Origin: Octopus bimaculoides
Lineage: Eukaryota
Assembly (NCBI RefSeq): GCF_001194135.2
Contig: NC_068983.1
Span: 161,512,661 to 161,549,842, forward strand
Direction of reading: 5' to 3'
Length of the DNA: 37,182 nt
Shown: positions 25,118-35,836 of the stretch, in pieces
Layout: every line of letters starts with the position of its first letter
Position numbering within the stretch: position 1 is the stretch's first letter
Notes under the pieces: generated by a model
What the model saw: the letters and a program-made list of their open reading frames with translations, nothing else
What the model was told of the DNA's origin: nothing
Databases searched by the model: none
Program-made: the position numbers and the translations under genes

Positions 25118-25423
25118 CTTCCCACGTGACCGCCGTTCGGCCAAGCCTGATCATTCTTTCTTGGTCGGCCGCTGTTCGTACAACATCGATATTCCTCCCT
25201 GTGCCTGTGAAATCTTGAATCCCTGTCGTAAGGCTTTATTTCCACACACCCCAGCTTAATTTAATTCGTCCTTAGTCGAAAGAAACCTGTTGTTATGTCC
25301 TGTTATTATTTTTATTGTATTTATGGAACATCGTCCGTTTTTTTCTGTCCTTGTTTTTGCATACATTCGCTGCTTTCTTCCAAGCAAACTAATGCTCTTA
25401 GCTTAGTTTATCCTTGGGGTTGG

Positions 25424-25512
25424 CCAGATTGGAGCAATCTCGAGTATAATCAGCCGAAATTGCGAAGATAATCTGGTACTCGACTGAAGAAAGAAAACTT
25501 CGAATGACTCGT
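25424..25512 (+). ncRNA. Candidate structured RNA with hammerhead-core-like nucleotides in non-canonical order
   Basis: Pairings CCAGATT/AATCTGG, GCAAT/ATTGC and TCGAGTA/TACTCGA; GAA precedes ATTGC and CTGAAGA follows TACTCGA. Confidence 0.35.
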
Positions 25513-25883
25513 CCTTGTTTTTTTTTGTATCGTCTATCTGGTTGTTTTGTTGTCCCATTTTTTTATCACCGAACTGTCCGGATGTTTTGCGTTCTTGTCC
25601 CATTTTGTATTATNNNNNNNNNNNNNNNNNNNNNNNNNNNNNNNNNNNNNNNNNNNNNNNNNNNNNNNNNNNNNNNNNNNNNNNNNNNNNNNNNNNNNNN
25701 NNNNNNNNNNNNNNNNNNNNNNNNNNNNNNNNNNNNNNNNNNNNNNNNNNNNNNNNNNNNNNNNNNNNNNNNNNNNNNNNNNNNNNNNNNNNNNNNNNNN
25801 NNNNNNNNNNNNNNNNNNNNNNNNNNNNNNNNNNNNNNNNNNNNNNNNNNNNNNNNNNNNNNNNNNNNNNNNNNNNNNNNNNN

Positions 25884-26375
25884 TGTTTTCAACGGCTTTT
25901 CTTATAAGACTGAAGAGATATTTGAGGTTAACCCAAGACGTTAAGATGAGGATTAAGATAATCTACATCAAAATCCGAAATCGCGATCCGACTCTGTACG
26001 CTGGGGTCTTACCTCACTTTGTCAGTCATGAGGACAGTGCTTTTGTGGCTTTGTAGTTGTTTTAACTCTTAGTTTTAGCAAAAACGGTGCTAGTCAGTAC
26101 CCTTTGTCACTTTTGTGACCGCTGTTGATTTTGCCCTTAGGTTCTAATTGCTAATAAGCCATCCTTTTAATTTGTTGTTTACACTTTTACCGTTTTGAAA
26201 ATCAGCACATGTTTTCAACGGCTTTTCTTATAAGACTGAAGAGATATTTGAGGTTAACCCAAGACGTTAAGATGAGGATTAAGATAATCTACATCAAAAT
26301 CAGAAATCTTGATACGACTATGTACACTGGGGACTTACCTCCTTTCGTCAGTTATTAAGACAGTGCTTGTGTGGC
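25884..26375 (+). repeat. 326-bp-period direct duplication next to a gap
   Basis: 25884-25975 is identical to 26210-26301, then both copies continue as diverged homologues; related copy at about 24786-24890. Confidence 0.85.
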
Positions 26376-26879
26376 ATACATACATACGTAGAAAATTAAC
26401 TGAAATTCAACATGTAAGACTACTACTGTATAAACCAGTGCAGGACAGGATATTGGGTGAACTATCACACGTCACAGAACTATCGAGAGAAATTTCAACG
26501 TAGCTTTAAATTGAGCCAAGACCTGTATCATTTTCACCAAGATGCTAGGTAAATTCCTTCATAGGTTACATATAAAGGATGGAGAATGACTAAAATATCC
26601 CAACTATTCTAACTTCAGTATCAAACAACTACAACAGGCAACCTTTGTTGTGAGAAAATTAGCTGTTATTTCCACTAACTATCAGAATCACACAGCAAAT
26701 AAGAGTAAAACCAGTCAAGTGAATTCTTCTCCAGAGAAAATCGTAACATCACGGAGCACGATCGATGCAATAACAATAAAACAGAGACGTGTGAGCAGTA
26801 ACTGATCATAAACAAACAGAAATAACAATTGAAAAATACAAACAATTGAAAGAACACTACACAGCAAAAATCAAACAGG

Positions 26880-27060
26880 TCTTCACGACCTACATTAACG
26901 AACAAGTACATGAGACAAGAATAACCACACAAGTCTATAGAAAACCAACCAGCTTGTTATTATCCGCAATAGACCAAATAGTCAAAAAACAATTGGCAAA
27001 TGATTAAAAATCCCAACGTTTGGGAATTGAATGTTCTGCTATATTGTGCTGCGATTACCA
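26880..27060 (+). mobile_element. Possible degraded Penelope-like RT C-terminal fragment
   Basis: ITTQVYRKPT (about 26921-26950) resembles the PLE T.VYRKPT motif; the rest is poorly conserved. Confidence 0.3.
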
Positions 27061-27329
27061 TCCACCTATAGATGAGAGTAGTGGAGGTGGATCATAGTGA
27101 GGAGAAACAAGGACAAAATAGATTACCTTTCTGCAGACATATTGACAGATTCAGAAAAAATATTGGACAACTAGATACAATCATGAAATGTAAAGTGAAT
27201 AATAAATTCACAAACCACCAGCTGCAACTTTATGATAGATTATCTAAAGTCTATGGGAACTGTCGACAAGAAACACTAACTGGCTAGTTTAATGTTCTTA
27301 AACGAACTGCGAGCTCCAAGAGAACAATT

Positions 27330-28290
27330 TCATTAGAAAAGAAACCTGCAAAAGCAAAAAGCCAGTAATCGCAAATTTGCAATAAATCCACAAGCATAAG
27401 ATCTGTCCAGATGGTCTTTGAGTGCTGCATTGTATCACTTAGATAACGCCTACCGAAGAACAAAAAGAGAAATGAGTACATCATGTGTATACTCAACAAT
27501 GAAGATAATGATATCATGAGATTAGGCGAAGAATTCCTGAACATGTAATTTGAGTTTACAGCTGCACCATGTGAACCAAGAATGGCTGAATAGATCTATA
27601 TAAACAAAGACTAGCAAGAGAAATACTCAGACAGTTGTGCATGTATACATATCTCGCAAGCCGGAGAATACCAGCAACATTGACAGGAATAGTAGCTTCT
27701 CCCGGATGTCACATACCATCACATTTCTTGCTATCCAAGAAAAGAAGACAGCTATAAATACCTAATCAACAACAAAAAAAAGGACTTGATAGAAAGTATC
27801 GATTGTGTCATACCATTGTGGAAGATATCACTTAACATCAATAGCTGTTAAAAATGTCCGCGAGATGCTATCTTCCCATGAGATATGACATTGTTGCTAA
27901 GACTGTTCACAATGCTAAACGCAAAATAGATTGGTCTAATTGCTACACAAAAGTCACACCATAAAAAAAGTATCTACACCTTTAAAAATAAAGAATACTG
28001 GTAGAACATTCCAATAAAAGCAGCAACCCGGCGTAAGCGCAATGGGCCAAATATAGTGGAATGAGACAAGGAGAAAAAGTTGTGCATCGCTGTAGAGATC
28101 AGTTGCTCAGCTGATGTGAATGTCTCCTCAAAAATTGGGGGAAAAGAAAACATCTATGGAGTATTGGTAATAAAACTTCAGCTCTTACAAACAGGCTACA
28201 GATTTTCATTTGCTTCAGTTACCTTAAGTGCGCTGGGTTACACAATAACTGAACTGCATAAAAACCAAGAAGTGCTTAGGTACTCTAAAA
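27330..28290 (+). mobile_element. R4-like (restriction-like endonuclease) non-LTR retrotransposon, 3' remnant
   Basis: IRSVQMVFECCIVSLR...EYIMCILNNEDNDIMRLGEEFL; zinc knuckle RLCHTIVEDIT...C..MSAR.YLPMRYDIVAKTVHNA; REL-like EYW*NIPIK...NGPNIV...CIAVEISC...KENIYG...LSALGY. Confidence 0.75.
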
Positions 28291-28532
28291 AGAAAAAAAA
28301 GAAAAGAAAAGAAAAAAGAACAGAGCAGGCTGATTTGCATCCTCCAGATGCAATCGATTATAGGCACAGCAGAAATCTGTAAACGTTTCAGGGATTTTCT
28401 GGTTGAGGTTCCTGGATGAACGTATGCACACAATTACATTTACATAGGGAATGCATATACATGCACACATATAAACAGTAATGAAATATGCACACTTGGG
28501 TTCTATTGTGACACGCACATCCATAGTGCAAG

Positions 28533-28534
<2 letters not shown>

Positions 28535-28584
<50 letters not shown>

Positions 28585-28692
28585 ACACGCACACAAACAT
28601 GCATTCATCAACCAATTCATGTAAGCTCAAACCTCAAGGGCTTGAACTCTGCAAGGAAAAAGAATTTTAATAAATCCCAAATAAACATGTAT

Positions 28693-28759
<67 letters not shown>

Positions 28760-28790
28760 AACACACACACGCACACACAAATACACATTG
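28535..28790. repeat. (CA)n/(TA)n microsatellites
   Basis: Directly visible. Confidence 0.95.
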
Positions 28791-29660
28791 CGTATTATAC
28801 GTATATACTGACGATAGTTAAGCACCGAATGAAACAGGCTAAAAATTCTTAACGAACTTAAATTAACTTTCTAACTGGAACAAAAACAAAAGCCCAAACA
28901 GTAATTGTTAATAACTTTCAAAGAAAAGAGATAATTTCAAGAAATAAAGATTTAATTACACGCGAAATTAAAATGTCATACTTACTGGGAGAAAATGTGA
29001 ACTGCTTTCGTATCCAAGATTCGGGTTTTATTAAACCGCTTCAACGAAGCCAGTCTTCTCCAGCTTGCTCGATCAGAGGATATAGACGTTTATAAGTAGA
29101 AAAGAATTACGAACAAAGTTTGGCACGGGTATACATATATGTTAACGGATTGCGTGTCACTGATATTGAATGCCTTTCTTTCCATCGTAATGTCATACTT
29201 TGTTAACTCGAGTGTTGCCTGTGGGGTCTATATATTGGGTGCAATATTTTACCTATACTAAGTAACTTCAACCGTTGTGATAAGTTCTATCTATCCTTCT
29301 CACGCTGTGGTTGTAAAAATGTTTCTAGGCTTATCAGGACAGTTACTGCCACGTGTGACAATTAAATCTTTTAATTCCCTCATTCGTAATTTACGCCGAT
29401 TTATGCTAAGCTGTAATCGTTCGAAATCCTTTGTTTCAAACTTCTCAAGATTTATTTTCGCGTGTAAAGTGTTTGGATTATTGTGATTTTGTGATAATGT
29501 CAAAGTTAATTCTGTGATGTGTATTTATGAGAGGCTTTTGCAAATACTGTTTGATTGTCTTAATATGAATATTTTGAAAAACAAATACCTTTTTATGGGT
29601 TCTATAGCTTCATTCGTATAGTCACAGCATCTGTTGTGTTCCAGTATCGTTCACATACTC

Positions 29661-30070
29661 TCTCTTTTACTCTTTTACTTGTATAAGTCATTTGACCGTG
29701 GCCATGTTGAAGCACCGCCTTTAGTCGAGCAAATCGACCCCAGGATTTATTCTTTGGAAGCCTAGTACTTATTTTATCGGTCTCTTTTGCCGAACCGCTA
29801 GATACGGGGGCGTAAATACACCACCATCGGTTGTCAAGCGATGTTGGAGGGACAAACACAGACACACAAACATATACACACACATATATATATATATACA
29901 TATATACGACGGGCTTCTTTCAGTTTTCTGTCTACCAAATCTACTCACAAGGCTTTGGTCGACCCGAGACTATAGTAGAAGACACTTGCCCAAGGTGCTA
30001 CGCAGTGAGAATGAACCCAGAACCATGTGGTTGGTAAGCAAGCTACTTACCACACAACCACTCATGCGCC
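29661..30070 (-). mobile_element. Full-length composite tRNA/CORE SINE
   Basis: Colinear with 19430-19851. Confidence 0.85.
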
Positions 30071-30515
30071 TACATATGAAAAAATATTTCCGCGTGACGA
30101 ACGTACATCCGTTCGACAGTATTCAAGCAGTGGCCATCTCGAAAATGGTTGCAGGATCGACAGATCGAAATTTGAAGAAACGAATGTCACAGAAAGAATC
30201 AAGACGATTACTTCCGGGGCTGAATTTGACAGGGAGCGATGGATGGCAGAATGGTTCCGGGAGGGAGAATTCTCGCCGTAGAGAAATAAGATGAGCTGTT
30301 ACGAACATAACTTGAAAAGAGAGGCCAGGAGCAAATTCGAAAGAGGGAGAGAGATGAGCAGATGGATCGAAAGAGAACGTAAAGAGTAGTATGTTACTGA
30401 CCTTGGCAATGATTCAACTAATGGAAAATCAAGTCGAGCCTGGGCTAAATTTTAGGGAGCTGAACGAAATTGTATCATATCATACGGGTAGTGAAGCTGC
30501 AGATATCTATGGGGA

Positions 30516-30549
<34 letters not shown>

Positions 30550-30729
30550 TGTCGACCTAAATTAGCATATCTGCAGTTCAATGTGGCTGAGAATTTCTGG
30601 AAGCATCAGCTGGTGAGATAGAAGAATGTGACGTACTGTCTGCTCTGGCTGGAGACTCGGGTTGCACTCAGCACCAAAAATCATGGAAATGGTTTTTAGG
30701 ACGTTCTTAGGGGGAAATGAGCTAGGTGA

Positions 30730-30830
30730 AACAGACCACGTGTTCTAAAATAGATCATATCCTAGTGAATGAAAGCGTAGTCGGGGTTGTATGTCATCTT
30801 AAGAGATTTGTGTCAACTACTAAGCCACTA
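30730..30830 (+). mobile_element. Possible LINE apurinic endonuclease fragment
   Basis: QTTCSKIDHILVNE resembles the EN motif S.IDHIL; no other support. Confidence 0.3.
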
Positions 30831-30952
30831 GACTACACAGAAGAATGCGTTGGGGCTCAATCTGGAGAGAGTGACAAGGTGAGAAAAGTCGTATTTCAGA
30901 TTTGTACCGCAGAATTCCGAGGAAGTTGTATGTGTGTGAGTATGAGAGAAAG

Positions 30953-30990
<38 letters not shown>

Positions 30991-31196
30991 TGTGTGTGTG
31001 TGTGTGTGTNNNNNNNNNNNNNNNNNNNNNNNNNNNNNNNNNNNNNNNNNNNNNNNNNNNNNNNNNNNNNNNNNNNNNNNNNNNNNNNNNNNNNNNNNNN
31101 NNNNNNNNNNNNNNNNNNNNNNNNNNNNNNNNNNNNNNNNNNNNNNNNNNNNNNNNNNNNNNNNNNCATGTGTGTGTGTGTGTGTGTTTGTGTGTG

Positions 31197-31400
31197 TGAA
31201 GGCGCGGATCGGGTGACATGTGTTCTTGAGCAAGACATTTCATTTCACGTTGTTCCAGCCCACTCATCTGTAAATTAGTAAACGGAATAGCTATCTGATC
31301 AAGAGCAATGCTGGCCTGCTTGCCTAGCTAGCGGGGTGGCATCATTTGAAAGACAAAACAATGCGAAGCGCATTGTGACTAGCGATGTATAAAAACATCC
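31197..31400 (+). mobile_element. CORE-SINE with tRNA head deleted and a different 3' tail
   Basis: TGAAGGCGCG joined almost directly to TTCTTGAGCAAGACATTTCATTTCACGTTGTTCCAGCCCACTCATCTGTAAA. Confidence 0.7.
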
Positions 31401-32410
31401 GATAGTTAGCTACTTTCATGCCGTATTCGAAAGTAAGTCCTAGGTTAAAGCTTTTGAAGAATTTTCTGATTTTTTCCCGCATTCTTTCTATGACAGTTTT
31501 ACTATTGCTAGGAATAATGAACAAAGTATCATCCCTATAAAGACCACCCTGCAATTCAGGGATTTCACTTTAAGAGATAAGCACCAACGAAATCAGTAAT
31601 CTGGGCCGAGACACTCGAACCCATAGCAATATCAAAATTATTTGGGGTGTCGCACCTCGTCCATAACCTACTCTCAAATTCTATGATAGTTTTCCTAACT
31701 AAAAGAATAATATCTATTTTGTCTCTAGTTATGAGAGAGAAGCTTTTAGTAAAAATCAGGGACTTGTTTAAGAGAATAAGGGAGATGCTAGAATAATAAC
31801 TGTTAATATCAAATTGTATAAACGAGTAATTACTTACATTTTCAGTATATTTGAACCAGTGTATTACTTCATCGGTATTATACCATAATTTAAAAGATAA
31901 GTTAGGAATTATTAGGGGTAATATCGTATCAAGAATGGATTTACTAAGTCGACCAATATCTGATTTAATCGGGCAAATAAGTCTAACAGAGGGATTGTCG
32001 TGAAAATTCTTTTCGTGGTCTTTGAGGTTAATTTTGGGTTCATTTGGATTCATGGGTTCCGTTCTATCTACTAGGCCACAGTCCATCATAGTTTCTTTAA
32101 TTTCCAAGTTCATATCGAAGAAATTCTTTTCTCCGTGCTTACCTTATATTTAGCGTTTAGTTCCTTTAACATTATTAGTCTTCTATAGGTTTCATAGTTT
32201 AGTCTATAACAAGTTTCCTGTTTTCTCCGCCGGCACATTTATTCCTGCGATTTATGCTGTAGCGATTTAATAAAGTCTTTAAGCTTCCTCTGGTATAAGC
32301 TTCTCCTAAGTGACTGTTGCTTGAATTTTATATTAGATATATTAGCTCGAACAAATCTTTTTTCAAAGTTTTCCAGTAGTGGGCTAGATGGAGGATTTTT
32401 TTTTTTACTC
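31398..32410 (-). mobile_element. Penelope-like element reverse transcriptase, degraded (YRDD type)
   Basis: LKDHEKNFHDNPSVRLICPIKSDIGRLSKSILD, FIQFDINSYYSSI, FDIAMGS, GLYRDD, ERMREKIRKFFK; N-terminal region ISNIKFKQ...PAEKTGN; frameshift near 31560. Confidence 0.85.
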
Positions 32411-32469
32411 TTTCTTGACTCCCATTTTTTACTCTATCTTGACCCTCATTTTTTTACTATTTCTTGACT

Positions 32470-32608
32470 CCATTGTTGCTTTCCAAGAACCTCAGTATCC
32501 ATCCTGCCAGTTGTCTGCATTTCGCTACCATCTTGTTAATGTGCATATAAAATGATGCATCATTGCACATACTGATACCAAATCTTTCACTGCATGTGAC
32601 TCTAGGAT
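32470..32608 (-). mobile_element. CR1/L2-group LINE RT thumb fragment
   Basis: AV(K)[33 protein letters not shown] (one frameshift) fits KDLG....F..HI.....K.....G.I.R. Confidence 0.6.
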
Positions 32609-32620
32609 ATATGTATATAC

Positions 32621-32698
<78 letters not shown>

Positions 32699-32807
32699 AT
32701 ATATATGTATGTATATATATGTGTGTGTGTGTATGTATATACACAAATATATATATATGTATATATATATGTGTGTATATATACATATATGCATATATAT
32801 ATATATG

Positions 32808-32840
<33 letters not shown>

Positions 32841-32933
32841 GTATATATAAATATGTGTATATGTATATATATGTGTGTGTGTGTGTGTATACGTTTGTAT
32901 ATATGTGTAAATGTATATATGTACACACACACT

Positions 32934-32965
<32 letters not shown>
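32609..32965. repeat. (TA)n/(TG)n compound microsatellite
   Basis: Directly visible. Confidence 0.97.
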
Positions 32966-33432
32966 GTTTATATCCAGTTAAATGAAGAAAAGAAAATGGA
33001 AATAAGGAAGTTAACAACTATCTATTATAAACAAATTGGTCATCTTCGCTTCTTACAGCCCTTTCGATTAATACCCAATAATCTAATTATAAATTTGTCC
33101 ATTAAATTTGCATTTATGTGACATGAGCAAAATTTCATCAGAGAAAAAAAAAAGATGTACCTTCATATGTTATATGTGGACCTATCAATCAATTTCACGA
33201 GACTGTCTACCGAAATGAATTGATAGGTCCACATATAACATACCAAGGTATATCTTTTTTTCTCTTTCATGAAATTATGTTCATGTCACATAAATGCATA
33301 TTTAATGTAGAAATTTGTAATTAAATTATTGGGTATTAATTGAAACGGCTGTAAGAAGTGAAGAATTTGTTTATAATAAATAATTAACTTCTTTGTTACC
33401 ATTTTCTTTTCTTCTTTTAACAGAATATAAAC
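32966..33432. mobile_element. Foldback/MITE-like 467-bp imperfect palindrome
   Basis: Arms of about 225 bp pair end to end (e.g. TATGTTATATGTGGACCTATCAAT / ATTGATAGGTCCACATATAACATA) around a loop of about 15 nt. Confidence 0.9.
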
Positions 33433-33552
33433 AACGTGCTTAATATATGCCTATTATTTTAAAGAAATTTCATTCTCCAACGTTATTCGGTATTGAATCA
33501 GTATTTCCTTGGATGCAACCTTCCCTTCACGTGGTTAGCATATCCTCTAATT

Positions 33553-33599
<47 letters not shown>

Positions 33600-33797
33600 G
33601 TGTGTGTGCGTGTGTGTGTGTGTGTGTGTATAAAGTAGTTGTATACTGTCAACTTAACGTGACAGTCCCAATAAGGGAATAGTACTACTGCTATTTAGCT
33701 CTAGAAAGCTGCACCGCTTCCTGTCGGCCTTGATGCATTTCCTCTGTCTTTATGTTTACGATAGGGAGACAATCACCTCCACCCAGCCTAGCTTGCA

Positions 33798-33836
33798 TCC
33801 AGGGACATGTTTGAGTTTTTGCTCATCATCAGCCTG
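33798..33836 (-). ncRNA. Minimal type I hammerhead, copy 1 (GA deleted from GAAA)
   Basis: CAGG-CTGATGA-TGAG caaaaa CTCA-[GA]AAC-AT-GTC-CCTGGA. Confidence 0.7.
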
Positions 33837-34146
33837 ACTTGGTGGCTGAAGATGCCTGGTTAGCTCTCGTAAACATATAATAATTCTAGTGAAACACATT
33901 CACTGATTACAAAAATTAGAAATGATATATTTCTAAATCTCTGAGGGAGACTTAAGCAGTAGTGATACAATAAAGTAGTTGTATTCTGTCAACTTAACGT
34001 GACAGTTCCAATAAGGGACTTAAGTCGCTCTCAGAGATTTAGAAATATATCATTTCTAATTTTTGTAATCAGTGAATGTGTTTCACTAGAATTATTATAT
34101 GTTTACGAGAGCTAACCAGGCATCTTCAGCCACCAAGTCATGCTAC

Positions 34147-34189
34147 TCCAGGCTGATGACGAGCAAAAACTCAGAAACATGCCCCTGGA
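34147..34189 (+). ncRNA. Minimal type I hammerhead, copy 2 (GUC changed to GCC)
   Basis: TCCAGG-CTGATGA-CGAG caaaaa CTCA-GAAAC-AT-GCC-CCTGGA. Confidence 0.72.
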
Positions 34190-34414
34190 TGCAGGCTAGG
34201 TTGGGTGGAGGTGCTTGTCTCCCCTTCATAAACATAAGGACACAGGAAATGTGTCAAGACCGACAGGAAGCGGTGCAGCTTCCTAGGGCTAAATAGCAGT
34301 AGTATGATTCCCTTATTGGGACTGCCACGTTAAGTTGACAGTATACAACTACTTTATCGTATCACTACTGCTTAAATCTCTCTCAGAGATTTAGAAATAT
34401 ATCATTTCTAATTT

Positions 34415-34430
34415 ATATATATATATATAT

Positions 34431-34486
<56 letters not shown>

Positions 34487-34817
34487 TCACACGGCGATAA
34501 ACGTAAATAAATATATGCGTATGAAAAACCACTTCGTGAACAGAAAAACAAACATTGACTTAACCAGTTCAGACTCTCCTTAAAGCATTCTATTTCTCTC
34601 TCTGTGTGTGGAAAGATATATATCTAACAGTTATTTGTAGTCACTGACTCAGTTAGCTACGCTAAATCGATAAACCTGATTTGCATGAATAGCAGCATGC
34701 TTTCAAATTAAATTAATTATGAATGCAGTAAACAGTCCAAATCCACTGTTTAGTTCATTAATAATATCTTTGTATGCATATACAACTGTCAGTATGTATT
34801 AATATGAATATGTATAT

Positions 34818-34865
<48 letters not shown>

Positions 34866-35095
34866 TGTACGTATGCATGTATGAATGTATGTATGTACGT
34901 ATGTATGTATACATATATACATTTAATATCTAATATAATATATGTATGTATAGATATAGATAGATATGTGCATAATATATGATATATATATTTACGTGTG
35001 AGCCTGTGTGTATATTTGAATACATATATGTGTATGTGTGTGTAACGTGTACAAATGTATGTATGTGTGTATATGTATGTATGTATTTATGCTTG
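34415..35095. repeat. (TA)n, (GATA)n and (TATG)n microsatellite tracts with short unique spacers
   Basis: Directly visible. Confidence 0.9.
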
Positions 35096-35111
35096 TAGAC
35101 GCACAAATATG

Positions 35112-35424
35112 AAGGACACCCGCTTCAGTTTCGACGGATGAGCATCCAGTTGTGAGATCAGCTGGACAACCTACTAACTAACGTAGCGTGCGAAGTGTAC
35201 TCTTAGCGTAAGACTCGGCACAGCAATGTGACTAGGTCAGACCGTTGAATCATAAATATGGTCTTTCCGACGGTCTTCTGAATACAGTTCCTATCTATTG
35301 AATTTCACTCGCAAGGTTTGGGCTGATTCGAGGCAATGGAAAAGGTACTTGCCCGAGATGCAACACACTAGGCCTCGCTTATGGTCTTATAGCTACGAAG
35401 TGAACTTTTTAACCACTCACCTAT
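35112..35424 (-). mobile_element. Old, diverged tRNA/CORE-type SINE
   Basis: Degenerate match to the 19700-19850 head region (AGTTCCTATCTATTGAATTTCACTCGCAAGGTTTGGG...ACTTGCCCGAG). Confidence 0.5.
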
Positions 35425-35760
35425 ATCTGTACACACAGTACCCCACCACACACTCGCACGCGCACACACATGCTCCTGCAGAATCGCGCCCGCACGCTCA
35501 TTTTAATTAAAGTTGTTCTGTGATTTTGTTACATAAGTCGTTTGACGAAATTACTCAAATATACTAAAGAATCTCTAAATAATTGCTTTTAACATTGTAG
35601 CAATAAATAATATATGTAGCAGACCAGAAAAAAAAAACAAAACAGAAAACTGTTTAGAGGAGAAAATATGCATAGAATCATTCATGCGAATCAAGTCGGT
35701 ATTATTTATCTCCACTTAAACGTGGATGTTCCATTAGAACAAATTATACTGTGGTAATTA

Positions 35761-35836
35761 CCATGAGAGAAACTCTCTACCACGAGAGAAACTCTCTACC
35801 ATGAGAGAAACGCTATACTATGAGAGGAACGCTCTT
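35761..35836. repeat. 19-bp minisatellite x4 with an internal hairpin
   Basis: CCATGAGAGAAACTCTCTA, CCACGAGAGAAACTCTCTA, CCATGAGAGAAACGCTATA, CTATGAGAGGAACGCTCTT. Confidence 0.9.

Larger units (their letters stand above)
33631..34414. mobile_element. Hammerhead-bearing 340/352-bp repeat in tandem plus inverted arrangement (retrozyme or Penelope pLTR-like)
   Basis: Unit restarts at 33631 and 33971; inverted copy 34019-34414 has a 352-bp period; flanked by microsatellites. Confidence 0.85.

Noticed and set aside
28980-29100. Candidate minus-strand exon ending at a GTAAGT donor
   Set aside because: No identifiable peptide or partner exons; needs RNA-seq
29300-29503. ORF with RKLRMRELKDLIVTRG, faintly like a SAP domain
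   Set aside because: Short match, lacks the downstream EK..LV motif, no convincing splice sites
33841-33905. Second CTGAAGA...GAAAC pair on the opposite strand of the 352-bp unit
   Set aside because: No stem II or stem I pairing could be drawn
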